From: Promethearchaeota archaeon
Lineage (GTDB): Archaea > Asgardarchaeota > Lokiarchaeia > Sigyniarchaeales > SOKP01
Direction: 5' to 3'
DNA: 64,000 nt
Assembly (NCBI GenBank): GCA_019058295.1
Contig: JAHPZI010000021.1
Coordinates: 160,001-224,000, forward strand
A program made the translations under genes and the position numbers. Of the stretch, positions 31,471 to 41,546 are shown piece by piece (within the stretch, counting starts at the first letter, position 1; each line of letters begins with the position of its first letter). Under the pieces are notes generated by a model. That model was not told where the DNA came from. It did no database searches and saw only the letters and a program-made list of their open reading frames with translations.

Positions 31471-33621
31471 TCAATCGTAATCTTTAATAAATTGAATATA
31501 TTTAGGATGTTTCTTCAAATATCCTAAATGACAGGCTTGATTTAAGTGAGTATGAAATTTATTATCTTGTATATCTTCCTCTCGAGCGAGATCTTGGAAC
31601 TCTGAAAATTTCATTTTGCCATTTTCACTTAATTTAGCAATATTAATTAAAGTCTTAATATTCCTATTTAAATAACATTTTCTTTCTCTTGAAGTTAGTG
31701 TTTTTTTCCCTTTTAACTTTAAAATGTTTTTTCTTAATTTTGACTCATCTATTCTAATCAAATCTGCAACGAAGGATAATCCATAATTTTTAAGTTTCTT
31801 ATATTCTGAACTTTTTGCAAAGTTATCAATCTCTATAATAATTTCTTCAATTGAACGATCTGCCAAGACTTCTTTTTCCTTTTCTCGGCGTTCTTTAAAA
31901 TTGTTGATAATATCTAACTCTGAATAATTACTAACCTTAGGAGAAAACTTGATTTTTTCTCGCTTTAAGTTTTTATTTAATTCTAATTGTGTAGGTTGCA
32001 ATAAGATCGAGTTCATGTTATTTTCTTTTCTCTTAGCAACTATATGAAACGGAATGTCAACTGTATTTTCTGTTAAAAGGATATAACACCTTCCCGACGC
32101 AAATCTACCGGTTCTTCCCCGTCTCTGAATTAATCTAATTTCTGAGGGGACTGGTTCGTAAAAGATTATTGCGTCAACATTCGGAATATCTAATCCTTCT
32201 TCTGCAACGCTCGTTGCGATTAATATATTTATTTTATCTTCTCTAAATTCTTGTAAAATTTCAATTTGTTTGAGTTGAGGGAAGCCAAAATCGTCTATTT
32301 TCGTCGTCTGACCAATAAATTTCTCAATGACAAGATGATTTTTATATTCCTCTCTCAATTTATTTTTTAGAAACTCTGCCATTTCTCTATATTGTGTAAA
32401 TATAATGATTTTTTTATTTTGAAATTCCTCTAATTCCTCTCTAATAATTGAAAACAATTTATTTATTTTAGGATGTGATAAATTTGAAAGTCCTACTTTT
32501 TCAATTATGGAATTTATGAATTTATAATTCTCAGAATTTATAATTCTTTTAGCAGATAATATATCTTGATCTGCTTTATATTTCAGTTTCTCCAAAAAAG
32601 ATTTAAAAAGCGAAATGTCCTGAGTCTCTAATAAATCTTTAGCGTGAAGCATAGATATGCAACTTGAGCAATAAGAAAATATGGATTGGATGTTTAATTT
32701 TTTTACTTTTATAATATCTATTATTTTAGGATCATGATAATATAGATGTTTTAAGAGATCATCATCAGATATTTTAGAATCACGATAATTCCCGTATTTT
32801 AAGGAATAGGTTAAATCATGGCTTATTCTCAAAAAATCTAATTTTGAATAATATTTCTTATATGGATTTATCAGGTCGCGCTCTATAAAAAATCTTAAAA
32901 ATTTCTTAAATAGGTGATCCCAAACCGTACTTAATTCAATCAATTTGATGGATAATTCTATTCTTTCTAAAAATGTATCGATCTCATAAATGTAATCTTT
33001 GACATCATTATCTTCATAATACTTAAAGACTACATTTTCTATGTATAAATTATCGCATATCTGTTGGATATGTTCATAATCCTTTCCAGGGGATGCGGTT
33101 AATCCTAATATTAAAGGATCAGTGCAACTATTAATATATTCACCAGAAATAAAATAATATGCATAATTTCCTTTACAGCGATGAGCCTCGTCAAAGATTA
33201 TCAATGCTGTTTCTTTTAAATTATATCTTCCTCGTTCTATATCATTCTTAATAATCTGGGGAGTTGAAACGATAATTCGAGATTCTTTAAATAAAAGAAT
33301 ACGCTTTTCAGGGCTTATTTTTCCAGTTAAAGATACTATTTCTTCTTCATTAATTGCTAAAAATTTCTTACAAGAGCTCTTATGCTGTGAAACCAAAGGC
33401 CTAGTTGGAGCAAGTATTATCACCTTTCCCTTAGAATACCTTCTAAGTGTATTTGCCACTAACAGGATTCCAATTATCGTTTTTCCTAACCCTGTAGGCA
33501 AAATTACTAACGAATTCTTGTTCTTACATGCATGAAAAATATTATTTTGATAATGTCGGTAAAAAATCTTATTCTGCTTTAAAAAAGTACCATTAAAATA
33601 TTCGGGAAAATCAGTATGCAT
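31471..33621 (-). CDS. Hef/FANCM/Mph1-like SF2 DEAH helicase
   Basis: RHYQ, LPTGLGKT, APTRPLVSQH, DEAHR, GLTASPG, ATSVAEEGLDIP, IQRRGRTGR; no ERCC4 nuclease motif in the C-terminus. Confidence 0.92.
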   Translation of the reverse strand: MHTDFPEYFNGTFLKQNKIFYRHYQNNIFHACKNKNSLVILPTGLGKTIIGILLVANTLRRYSKGKVIILAPTRPLVSQHKSSCKKFLAINEEEIVSLTGKISPEKRILLFKESRIIVSTPQIIKNDIERGRYNLKETALIIFDEAHRCKGNYAYYFISGEYINSCTDPLILGLTASPGKDYEHIQQICDNLYIENVVFKYYEDNDVKDYIYEIDTFLERIELSIKLIELSTVWDHLFKKFLRFFIERDLINPYKKYYSKLDFLRISHDLTYSLKYGNYRDSKISDDDLLKHLYYHDPKIIDIIKVKKLNIQSIFSYCSSCISMLHAKDLLETQDISLFKSFLEKLKYKADQDILSAKRIINSENYKFINSIIEKVGLSNLSHPKINKLFSIIREELEEFQNKKIIIFTQYREMAEFLKNKLREEYKNHLVIEKFIGQTTKIDDFGFPQLKQIEILQEFREDKINILIATSVAEEGLDIPNVDAIIFYEPVPSEIRLIQRRGRTGRFASGRCYILLTENTVDIPFHIVAKRKENNMNSILLQPTQLELNKNLKREKIKFSPKVSNYSELDIINNFKERREKEKEVLADRSIEEIIIEIDNFAKSSEYKKLKNYGLSFVADLIRIDESKLRKNILKLKGKKTLTSRERKCYLNRNIKTLINIAKLSENGKMKFSEFQDLAREEDIQDNKFHTHLNQACHLGYLKKHPKYIQFIKDYD

Positions 33622-33780
33622 CTTAACTTTAATTCTTATTCAGTACTTTTAAACCCCCCTACAGTTATGAATTTTCGAAACATAATGAGAATAAAAAAAA
33701 AACATTATATGAAAATTATGAAAAAATGTGGAAATTTATGACTTCAAACACCAATTTTTTTATGAGATAGAATAAAATAA

Positions 33781-34794
33781 TTAGAAATGAAATTCTGTCC
33801 CAACAAAGCCTGATGTATGAGAAGGATGAGAGCCCATGATTTTATTAAATCCAAATCCCGTACAATGCATACCACATATTACCTCTGGATTTAGTTTTTC
33901 AAAATATTTTACCTTTTCCTCAATAACCTCAACAGGGTTCCATTCTTCGTGGAATCCACCTATTAAGGCGTAAACTTTATCCGTCCCAGTTAATTTTTGT
34001 CCATGTTTAATAGTATTTATAATGCCTGTATGCCCACAACCTGTTATCACAACTAAACCTTTATCTTTCACATTAATGTAAATTGCAGTTTCATCCCGAA
34101 AGTAATTTTTTTCAAACTCTTTTCTGCTTTTCTGGATGTAAAATCCTTTTGTTACCTCGTCTTTATCAAATAATTCAATTTCTCCGCTCGTCACGATGCC
34201 ATTGTACAATTTAACGGGTTCATTAGTTTCAATTATTTTTATATTATGCTGGTTTGCTAAATTGTGAATTAAAGTTTTATTTAACTGTGGTATCTTTCCT
34301 GATAATTTAATTTTTCCTTCGTTTTTTAATTCCTTTACTGAAGTTAACAGCTCTTCAGGTGGAAGTTCCTCCCCTGAATTAGTTATAGCCCAAAAGTTTT
34401 GCAAATAGCAATTTGGATTTAAATACATTTCACATCCTTCTTTCAATTCTGGAATTACTTTATTTAAACCACCAAAATGATCTAAATGCCCATGACTTAG
34501 GATTAATTTTTCAACATCGTTTAAATTTATATTTAACATTTGACTATTATCTATTATAGTTTGTGGTAAACCTCCAGTATCTAATAAAAAAAGATGACTT
34601 GAATCATCATCTTTTATTTCAATACTCAATGCAAATCCATGTTCCGCCTTAAATCTACTGGCTGCCGTCCCTGGTTGAATAACTTTGCCTTTAAATTTAT
34701 CTTCTGTCAAAACTGTTAAACTAACTTCATTAGTAGTTAAAACTTTCATTGTAACCTTCCCACTTTCTATCCCTTCAGAAATATCATTACTCAT
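33781..34794 (-). CDS. MBL-fold metallo-hydrolase
   Basis: AEHGF, LLDTG, LSHGHLDHFGG, GCGHTG, GGFH, MHCTG. Confidence 0.9.
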   Translation of the reverse strand: MSNDISEGIESGKVTMKVLTTNEVSLTVLTEDKFKGKVIQPGTAASRFKAEHGFALSIEIKDDDSSHLFLLDTGGLPQTIIDNSQMLNINLNDVEKLILSHGHLDHFGGLNKVIPELKEGCEMYLNPNCYLQNFWAITNSGEELPPEELLTSVKELKNEGKIKLSGKIPQLNKTLIHNLANQHNIKIIETNEPVKLYNGIVTSGEIELFDKDEVTKGFYIQKSRKEFEKNYFRDETAIYINVKDKGLVVITGCGHTGIINTIKHGQKLTGTDKVYALIGGFHEEWNPVEVIEEKVKYFEKLNPEVICGMHCTGFGFNKIMGSHPSHTSGFVGTEFHF

Positions 34795-34882
34795 TTGATC
34801 TATTCCTCATTTTAGATTTTGAATGAATATTCATTATATTAAATAAAAGTAATATTGTAAAAAAAATTTCATAAAAAGTGAT

Positions 34883-36958
34883 CTATTTTTCACGCTTTGC
34901 GAATGCATAGCTATCGTAACTTTTACCCTTCCCGAGAACTACATTTAGATTATGTCGAGCAGAAGCATTATAGGGATCTATTTCAAAAACTTTTTCAAAG
35001 CATCCGACAGCCTTATCAACTTCTTTTTTATAACCATACATAATTCCCATATTTATCAATGCGATAATGTCATTTGGAGTTTTTTCTAACAATTTTTCAT
35101 AACTCTCAAATATCATATCTAGATCTATATCAAATATCATATCTGGATTTATTTCAATTAATTTTTGAAAACTCCTCGCAGCTTTTTCGTAATTCTCTTG
35201 AATATAATAGATTTGCCCTTTATTTTTAATAGCTTCAATATATTTAGGATCCAACTTCAATGCTACGTCATAAAAAGCTATGGCTTTTTCGAATTGTTTT
35301 TGTTTAGAATTTGCATTAGCTAGCCCCACCCAGGGCTCTACTATATCTGCATTTACTTTTATTATTTCTTCGTAGCATTCAATTATTTTATCGAAATTTT
35401 GAGTTTTTTCGAAATATTTTATAGCTTTTTCGTATTCTTTTTTAGAAAAAAACGTGTCGCCTAAGCCGTTCCATGCTTCTTGATATTCTGGTTCCAGATT
35501 TATCGCTTCTTCATAGCACATAATCGCTTCATCATATTTACGTTTATGTTGCCGTATTTTACCCATGTTGACCCATATTGATGGAATATTAGGATTTAGA
35601 TTGGTGGCTCCTTCAAAATAGGAAAATGCTTTATCGTATTTTTTCTTTTTAAGATAGAGAGCCCCCCTATTATTTAAGGCATCAACATAATTTGGATTTA
35701 GCTTTAAAGCTTTATCATAAGCTTGATTTGCATTACTATAGTCTTCTTTAGCCATAAATGCATTTCCTAAGCTATTCCATGCAATTGGTTCCTTTTTGTC
35801 TAGAGTAAGTGCTTTATTATAACATTCAATCGCCTTATCATATGAATTTTTAGCAGCATATACGTTTCCCTTATGAGTCCAAATGAGTGCGCTGCTCTCT
35901 AGTTCAAGGGCTTTATCATAAGATTCGATGGCTTTATCAAAATTATTAATGGCGACATACGCAGAGCCCATGTTATTTAATGCCTTAATATTAGAAGGAT
36001 CCAATTCTATTACTTTTTCATAACAAACAATTGATTTATAGTGAAATTTTAGATAATCGTAAATAGAAGCTAAGAGCATCCAAGCTTCTTTATTTTTTTT
36101 ATCCAATTCAATGGCTTTTTGATAGAAATCAATAGATTTATCAAATTCTTCCTTCGATTGATAATAATTTCCCATATCGCACCATTCTCTTGGAGATTTT
36201 AAAGTTGATTTTCTTAATTCGAGAAAGTCTTCTAAATTCTTTCTTGCTTGGTCATTATTTGGATCTAATTCTAAGATAAATTCAATGCATTCGATTGCTT
36301 TATTATACTCTTTCTTGGCAGCAAATGTAGCAGCCATATTGTTCCAGGAATTAATATCAGTTGGTTTTAATTTAAGTATTTCCGCATAACATTTGATGAT
36401 ATTATCATAATCTTTTATTTTCTCAAAATTTTTAATGGCCTCATCATAATTTTTCTTATTTTTTTCTAAATGTCCTAAATTTTTCCATGCTTCATTAGAG
36501 TTTGGATCAATCTCTAGTGCTTTTTGAAAGCAATTAATTGCTTTACGATAAGATTTTTTATCATTCGTTTTGGAACCATATACTTTGCCCATATTGTTCC
36601 ATATATCGGGAACTTTTGGATTTAAGCTAATAGCTTTTTCAAAATATTTAATTGCTTTTACATAATGATTTTTACTGGCATAGAGATTCCCAAGAGAACT
36701 CCAAGCATGTGGATCATTATTGTCTAATTCAACTGCCCTCTCATAGTGTTTTTTTGCTAAATCAAAAATTTTTAAATGAGCGTAAGCATGTCCTAAATTT
36801 AGAATCGCAATGTAATGATTAGGATCAATCTTTAGCGCTTCTTCATAACAATCAATTGCCTTATGATATATCCCCTTTGCGGCAAAGGAAACTCCTTTAT
36901 TAGTCCATTCTTTAGCAGTGTTCAACTCGGAATTAGTAGTATTTATCATTGGAATCAT
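34883..36958 (-). CDS. Tetratricopeptide-repeat protein
   Basis: Many 34-aa repeats of the AW.NLG..Y...K.Y.KAI..YEKAIELDP type along the whole protein. Confidence 0.95.
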   Translation of the reverse strand: MIPMINTTNSELNTAKEWTNKGVSFAAKGIYHKAIDCYEEALKIDPNHYIAILNLGHAYAHLKIFDLAKKHYERAVELDNNDPHAWSSLGNLYASKNHYVKAIKYFEKAISLNPKVPDIWNNMGKVYGSKTNDKKSYRKAINCFQKALEIDPNSNEAWKNLGHLEKNKKNYDEAIKNFEKIKDYDNIIKCYAEILKLKPTDINSWNNMAATFAAKKEYNKAIECIEFILELDPNNDQARKNLEDFLELRKSTLKSPREWCDMGNYYQSKEEFDKSIDFYQKAIELDKKNKEAWMLLASIYDYLKFHYKSIVCYEKVIELDPSNIKALNNMGSAYVAINNFDKAIESYDKALELESSALIWTHKGNVYAAKNSYDKAIECYNKALTLDKKEPIAWNSLGNAFMAKEDYSNANQAYDKALKLNPNYVDALNNRGALYLKKKKYDKAFSYFEGATNLNPNIPSIWVNMGKIRQHKRKYDEAIMCYEEAINLEPEYQEAWNGLGDTFFSKKEYEKAIKYFEKTQNFDKIIECYEEIIKVNADIVEPWVGLANANSKQKQFEKAIAFYDVALKLDPKYIEAIKNKGQIYYIQENYEKAARSFQKLIEINPDMIFDIDLDMIFESYEKLLEKTPNDIIALINMGIMYGYKKEVDKAVGCFEKVFEIDPYNASARHNLNVVLGKGKSYDSYAFAKREK

Positions 36959-37159
36959 TATAATTTTAATTATTCAATAATAAACTATAAATCTATATTA
37001 AATTATGAAAATTGAAATTTAAAAGATTTTAGTTTATTAAATTAAATCCTCGATCATTTATTAGGTTAAGAAAGATGGTCTTTGAGTTAAATTGTGTTCC
37101 ACATATTTTATTATATAATTTTTGAAATGAAAGGAAATAAAATGGAATTAAAATATTAA

Positions 37160-37990
37160 TTAAGTAAGATCTACTAATTCATCTATTCTTTTTATTGAAT
37201 TTTTTATGAAATTATCGTCATTTAATATTAGTTCAATTGCTTTTTGAGGGCATATATCTACACATCGACCACATCCTCGGCATTCTTCGTTAATAACCGC
37301 TCTTTTATCAATAATTTGAATTGCATTAGCGAAACAAACGCCTTTCGTACAAGTACCACATCCTATACATTTATCAGTTACTTTTATTTCTACTCCTGGC
37401 ATCTTTTTAAGAGCATTACCTACAAATTTTACCTTTGGGGCATATCTAGTTATACAGCAACAAGGGCAACAATTGCATATTGTAAGTAGTTTACTACCTG
37501 GTCCAATTCCGAGCCATTTTGCGTCTAGTTCATTTCGACCTATTACATGTACTAATCCGGCCTCGCGACATTTTTTAAGATGCTCTAAAGCTTCTTCCTT
37601 AGTAACCAATCTCCCAAATGCAGGATTAATTCCTACTACAGGTTCACCCATAAATAGGCACCCTAATTTTCTAGGATAATCTTCACATTTCAATGATTCT
37701 CTACAGATACAAAAATTCATTATCCAATGATATTTTGCTTTATTAACGAAATATTTTACAACTTCTGAAGGTAAAACCATATCTGTTGGTTTTCCAACTT
37801 CTTGATTTATGGCGATTACTTTATCTTTTGTTAGATAAATCATCTCATCGTTCACTGTTGATTTATCAATACGCTTTTGGATAAAGGAAATTTTAGTTAA
37901 TTTTGTTAAAAAATCAGCATGGCGATAAAGTCTTTTGAGCATATTTACATATCTTACAGATCTACCAGTTTTTTTCTTACTTTTTCCCAT
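37160..37990 (-). CDS. 4Fe-4S dicluster domain protein
   Basis: CICR, ICNCCPCCC, CIGCGTC....C, CRGCGRCVDICP. Confidence 0.88.
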   Translation of the reverse strand: MGKSKKKTGRSVRYVNMLKRLYRHADFLTKLTKISFIQKRIDKSTVNDEMIYLTKDKVIAINQEVGKPTDMVLPSEVVKYFVNKAKYHWIMNFCICRESLKCEDYPRKLGCLFMGEPVVGINPAFGRLVTKEEALEHLKKCREAGLVHVIGRNELDAKWLGIGPGSKLLTICNCCPCCCITRYAPKVKFVGNALKKMPGVEIKVTDKCIGCGTCTKGVCFANAIQIIDKRAVINEECRGCGRCVDICPQKAIELILNDDNFIKNSIKRIDELVDLT

Positions 37991-38048
37991 TTTTAATCAA
38001 TATTTTATTATTATGTACTTAAAATATTATTTTATGATTAGCAAGAAT

Positions 38049-38804
38049 TTAGGTTTGATTTGAAATTTCAGAGGATTTCCATCCGCTAGATCGTCTAAAA
38101 ACAATCATTCCAACCGCAAAAGCTAATACTACTCCAGCAATCTCGTCAATTATGTAGTGCTGCTTCACAAATAATGTTGATAGCACAACTCCGACTGCTA
38201 TGATAAAAGCAATAATTGCTATAATTTTTCTCTTAAAAGTTGGATTTATTTTATAATACTGATACCAAGTGAAGAATAAAATAGTCGACATTCCAGCATG
38301 CATACTTGGTACGCAATTGAAACTTGTCTCGTGCGTATAATATAAGTACATTACATCTGCGAAAAAATTGCCTTGAATTTTATTAGACAAAAGCTCTTGT
38401 CTCCACCAGTAAGTTGATACGGGAAAAATGATATAGATAATGGTTGCGATAGCATTCATTATAACTACAGACCATCCTACACCGTAACCTTTCTCTTCAT
38501 CAAGTAAACCGAAATAGAATAAAGTTATAATTACCATTGGATAAAATAAAAAAACATAGAAAATGACCATTTCTGGAACAAATGGAATAAAATTTTCACC
38601 AAGAAAATCTAATCTATACCCTGTACCTTCAGGATATAAACTACCCGTCCAAGAGTACAAAATAAGCATTATGATAATTCCATATAAAAAAGCCATTAAA
38701 AATAAATTTCCTAAAATAAAGGTAAGTTTTCGGCTTCTTTTTGTAGATTTTCCCTTAAAAAAAACGGTTTCTACACCCTTTTGAAATTTGTCATGAATTT
38801 TTAT
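38049..38804 (-). CDS. PAP2-family membrane phosphatase/phosphotransferase
   Basis: FNCVPSMHAG and STLFVKQHYIIDEIAG motifs. Frame is open 36 codons above ATG 38696 to ATA 38804, 6 nt after AGGTGA. Confidence 0.85.
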   Translation of the reverse strand: MKIHDKFQKGVETVFFKGKSTKRSRKLTFILGNLFLMAFLYGIIIMLILYSWTGSLYPEGTGYRLDFLGENFIPFVPEMVIFYVFLFYPMVIITLFYFGLLDEEKGYGVGWSVVIMNAIATIIYIIFPVSTYWWRQELLSNKIQGNFFADVMYLYYTHETSFNCVPSMHAGMSTILFFTWYQYYKINPTFKRKIIAIIAFIIAVGVVLSTLFVKQHYIIDEIAGVVLAFAVGMIVFRRSSGWKSSEISNQT

Positions 38805-38842
38805 TGTTAATCACCTTTTATTTTTTATCTCCTAATAAACTG

Positions 38843-40561
38843 TTAAATGATTTTTTGGTATTGGAATGTTTGGTGTCCCTTTAATATTACAAATATCATA
38901 AAAATAAGAATAGTTACCGCTCCGATAAAAAATAGAATAACTAATCCTATAATAATAGTACTAAGATAAATTGGCGCATACAACAAACCAACTATGCCAT
39001 ATATAAGACAAATTACAAACATTCCGATTAAATTAAAAATTAAGATCAACCAATACAAGATACTCTTTCTTCCATCATACTCTCTTATTAACATTAAAAG
39101 ACGTATAACAGCATATATTATTAATCCTATAGTTAAAAATGATATACTTGTCTGAAAAATTAGGAGAAACAATATTTCAAGGCCATATATTAATAGAGTT
39201 AAAACAAATATTATTAACTCAATTATGAGAAAAATTATAGCCGCTGCGATAGAGATAACAAAGAGAGCAATTGTAAGCCCATCATAGAGTTTTTTAGGAA
39301 TTGGTGATAAAGTAATTGGTGGTGAATTGAATTGTCCTATATTAAATCCACAATTCATACAAAAGCGGGCATTAATCGTAACTGGCTGACCACAATTAGT
39401 GCAAAATTTAGCAGGCTTTTGTTGTGAAAATTGGGTATATTCAGAATGGTAACTATCATTAAACGATGTACATATAATATCTTCATTAACAACTATAATA
39501 CCTGTTTCGGGGCAACGATAAGTTCTTTTTGCAATTTTATTTGCTCGCCTTAAAAAGCCTAGCAGTAAAGCAAAAGACAAAGAACTTAATACTACATATA
39601 CAATAATTTGAAGGATTAGATCTAAATCTGTGCCTTGGGCGTTAATTGTATAAACGTAAAGTAGAATCCAGACGGAAGAAGTATTCCATAGAAAGTGTAT
39701 AGAAACGGGGATGAGCCAAAGAGGGATGAATCGCTTTAAAAATTTTATGAATTGACTTCCCATTGGGTGGTTCTCTTCTCCTCGCTCAAATCGAAGTCTT
39801 TCTGCTCTTCCTGCCGCAAATCCTCCAATTGAACCACCTAATATGTGGATTGGAGCCCAGTTCCTAATAGTTACCTGAAGATAAATATCAAAATAAAGAT
39901 CAAAGGCATTTCCACCATATAAAATAGTATATCCAAGATATGATATAAGTTCTATTATCTCAAATGTTATTCCTATTATCATACCGAAAAGAAATCCATT
40001 TAATTCGTTTCCAAGCATACCCTTTCCTTTTTGTTCAGAATTTCTGTTCCTCTGTAATACAATGAAAAATGCTAAGATACTGGGAAGAGATTTCAAAAAT
40101 TCTTCCCCAAGTGCGGGTGTAATCCCAATAGCACCAACATTATAGAATACTACAGCTAAAATTTCGTCTCTTGTAAAGTAATAAATACCATTTGCTGCAA
40201 GAAACCAAAGCTCCCCGATTCCCGAATTCCAATATGCTGCGAAATTAACTACACAAATCCCCATAAGGAAAAGCATTAATAAGTATTTATTACGACCACT
40301 GATTAATTTTTCACTTGGAGGATATTTTTTTGTTTTCCAAATATAAAATAATATCCATAATAGGTAGATGGTTAATGGTCCGATTATCATGTAGCTAATG
40401 ATCGTAATTAATTTTGCAGATGTAGGTATTTGATTGGATAATAAGACTAAAATCACAGTTATAGCGTAAATACCACATCCGATCATTGAAATTAACCAAA
40501 TTAATTTCTTGTGGAGGGCAAGTTTGATTTTTTCGGGTTTATAAGGATTATCACTACTCAT
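38843..40561 (-). CDS. PrsW-family glutamic intramembrane protease with internal Zn ribbon
   Basis: PALGEEFLK, GITFEIIE, PIH, IHFLWN; FCTNCG...FCMNCG ribbon; extra C-terminal TMs. Confidence 0.82.
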   Translation of the reverse strand: MSSDNPYKPEKIKLALHKKLIWLISMIGCGIYAITVILVLLSNQIPTSAKLITIISYMIIGPLTIYLLWILFYIWKTKKYPPSEKLISGRNKYLLMLFLMGICVVNFAAYWNSGIGELWFLAANGIYYFTRDEILAVVFYNVGAIGITPALGEEFLKSLPSILAFFIVLQRNRNSEQKGKGMLGNELNGFLFGMIIGITFEIIELISYLGYTILYGGNAFDLYFDIYLQVTIRNWAPIHILGGSIGGFAAGRAERLRFERGEENHPMGSQFIKFLKRFIPLWLIPVSIHFLWNTSSVWILLYVYTINAQGTDLDLILQIIVYVVLSSLSFALLLGFLRRANKIAKRTYRCPETGIIVVNEDIICTSFNDSYHSEYTQFSQQKPAKFCTNCGQPVTINARFCMNCGFNIGQFNSPPITLSPIPKKLYDGLTIALFVISIAAAIIFLIIELIIFVLTLLIYGLEILFLLIFQTSISFLTIGLIIYAVIRLLMLIREYDGRKSILYWLILIFNLIGMFVICLIYGIVGLLYAPIYLSTIIIGLVILFFIGAVTILIFMIFVILKGHQTFQYQKII

Positions 40562-40728
40562 AGATAAAATCCAATTAATGAAATAATTTTCTTTTAATTT
40601 ATTTTTTATATCTTAAATTAGTTATTAGGTTTTTTTATAATAAATATATCTTTTCTTATAGGTAAATATGAATTCTAAAAAAAAGTTATTCAATATACTA
40701 CTAAAACGAGTTGGTATTAAGAATAAGG

Positions 40729-40782
40729 AAAAAAAAAAAAATTATATTATATGTTTGTTGCTTGATCTTTTAGATCAAAAGC
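40729..40782 (-). terminator. Hairpin plus poly-T downstream of histone gene
   Basis: Minus strand reads TTGATCT-AAA-AGATCAA (40778-40762) just after the stop, then a T run of about 12 (plus-strand A run 40729-40741). Confidence 0.5.
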
Positions 40783-40998
40783 TTAGAAGTATTTAATTGC
40801 TAAAAGTATGTCATCTCTTGTGACTTTTTTCCTCTTAGCGTGTTTGGTTAATGAAAGGGCTGTTTTTGTTATTTTCTCAGCTGAGGATCCCATCCAATCA
40901 ACTAATTCGTCTACTGCATCTCGAGCAACAATAATAGCTCCATTGTGTTTCATAAGGCGTCTAATTGGACTCCAGCTGATATAATCTCTACCTGCCAT
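40783..40998 (-). CDS. Archaeal histone
   Basis: 71 aa; SPIRRLMK..GA..V..DA, HAKRKKVTRDDI histone-fold signature; GGAGG SD upstream. Confidence 0.95.
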   Translation of the reverse strand: MAGRDYISWSPIRRLMKHNGAIIVARDAVDELVDWMGSSAEKITKTALSLTKHAKRKKVTRDDILLAIKYF

Positions 40999-41546
40999 AC
41001 TAATTCATTCCTCCACTTTTTATTTTTTTTTTATTTTAGGTTTAATTTTTATTTTAATTGTTACATAAATGAAGATCAAATATGTATTTAAAGATTTTGA
41101 TATTATCATAAATTTATGAAGAAAAAAATGAAAATGATTAAAAAATTTTGTCGGAAGATATATCAATGATCAATCTGGTGTAAGTTCGTGAGTTTCTGCC
41201 AGATTTTTAAATTTGTGAAAAAATGAATCCAGATTGCTATGATTGTTCAGAATTGTATATTAATTCACCAATTTGGCTTTAAATCAGAAAATAGAATTAA
41301 AAATAATTAAATTCCGATACGCTGATTCATGAATTTTTATAGTATCTATGAGTTAATAAAAATGATTTTGTTATAGAAAAAATATAATTCTCGAAATATT
41401 TCTATTATAGTTTACAGAAATAACTGAAATTGAAGCTAATTAAATTTTATAGATAAACAAATAGAAAACGGGTAAGCTTAATTATAAATTACAATTAATT
41501 AAAGTATTATAATTTCATATTGCTGAGCGAAAGGTGTAAAATAAAT

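Noticed and set aside
34883-36958. TPR protein as part of a defence or signalling system
   Set aside because: It contains only TPR repeats with no effector domain and has no suggestive neighbours.
40999-41519. Possible ncRNA or small ORF in the long histone-SIS intergenic region
   Set aside because: No convincing ORF, C/D box pair or stable structure could be supported by eye; consistent with divergent promoters.
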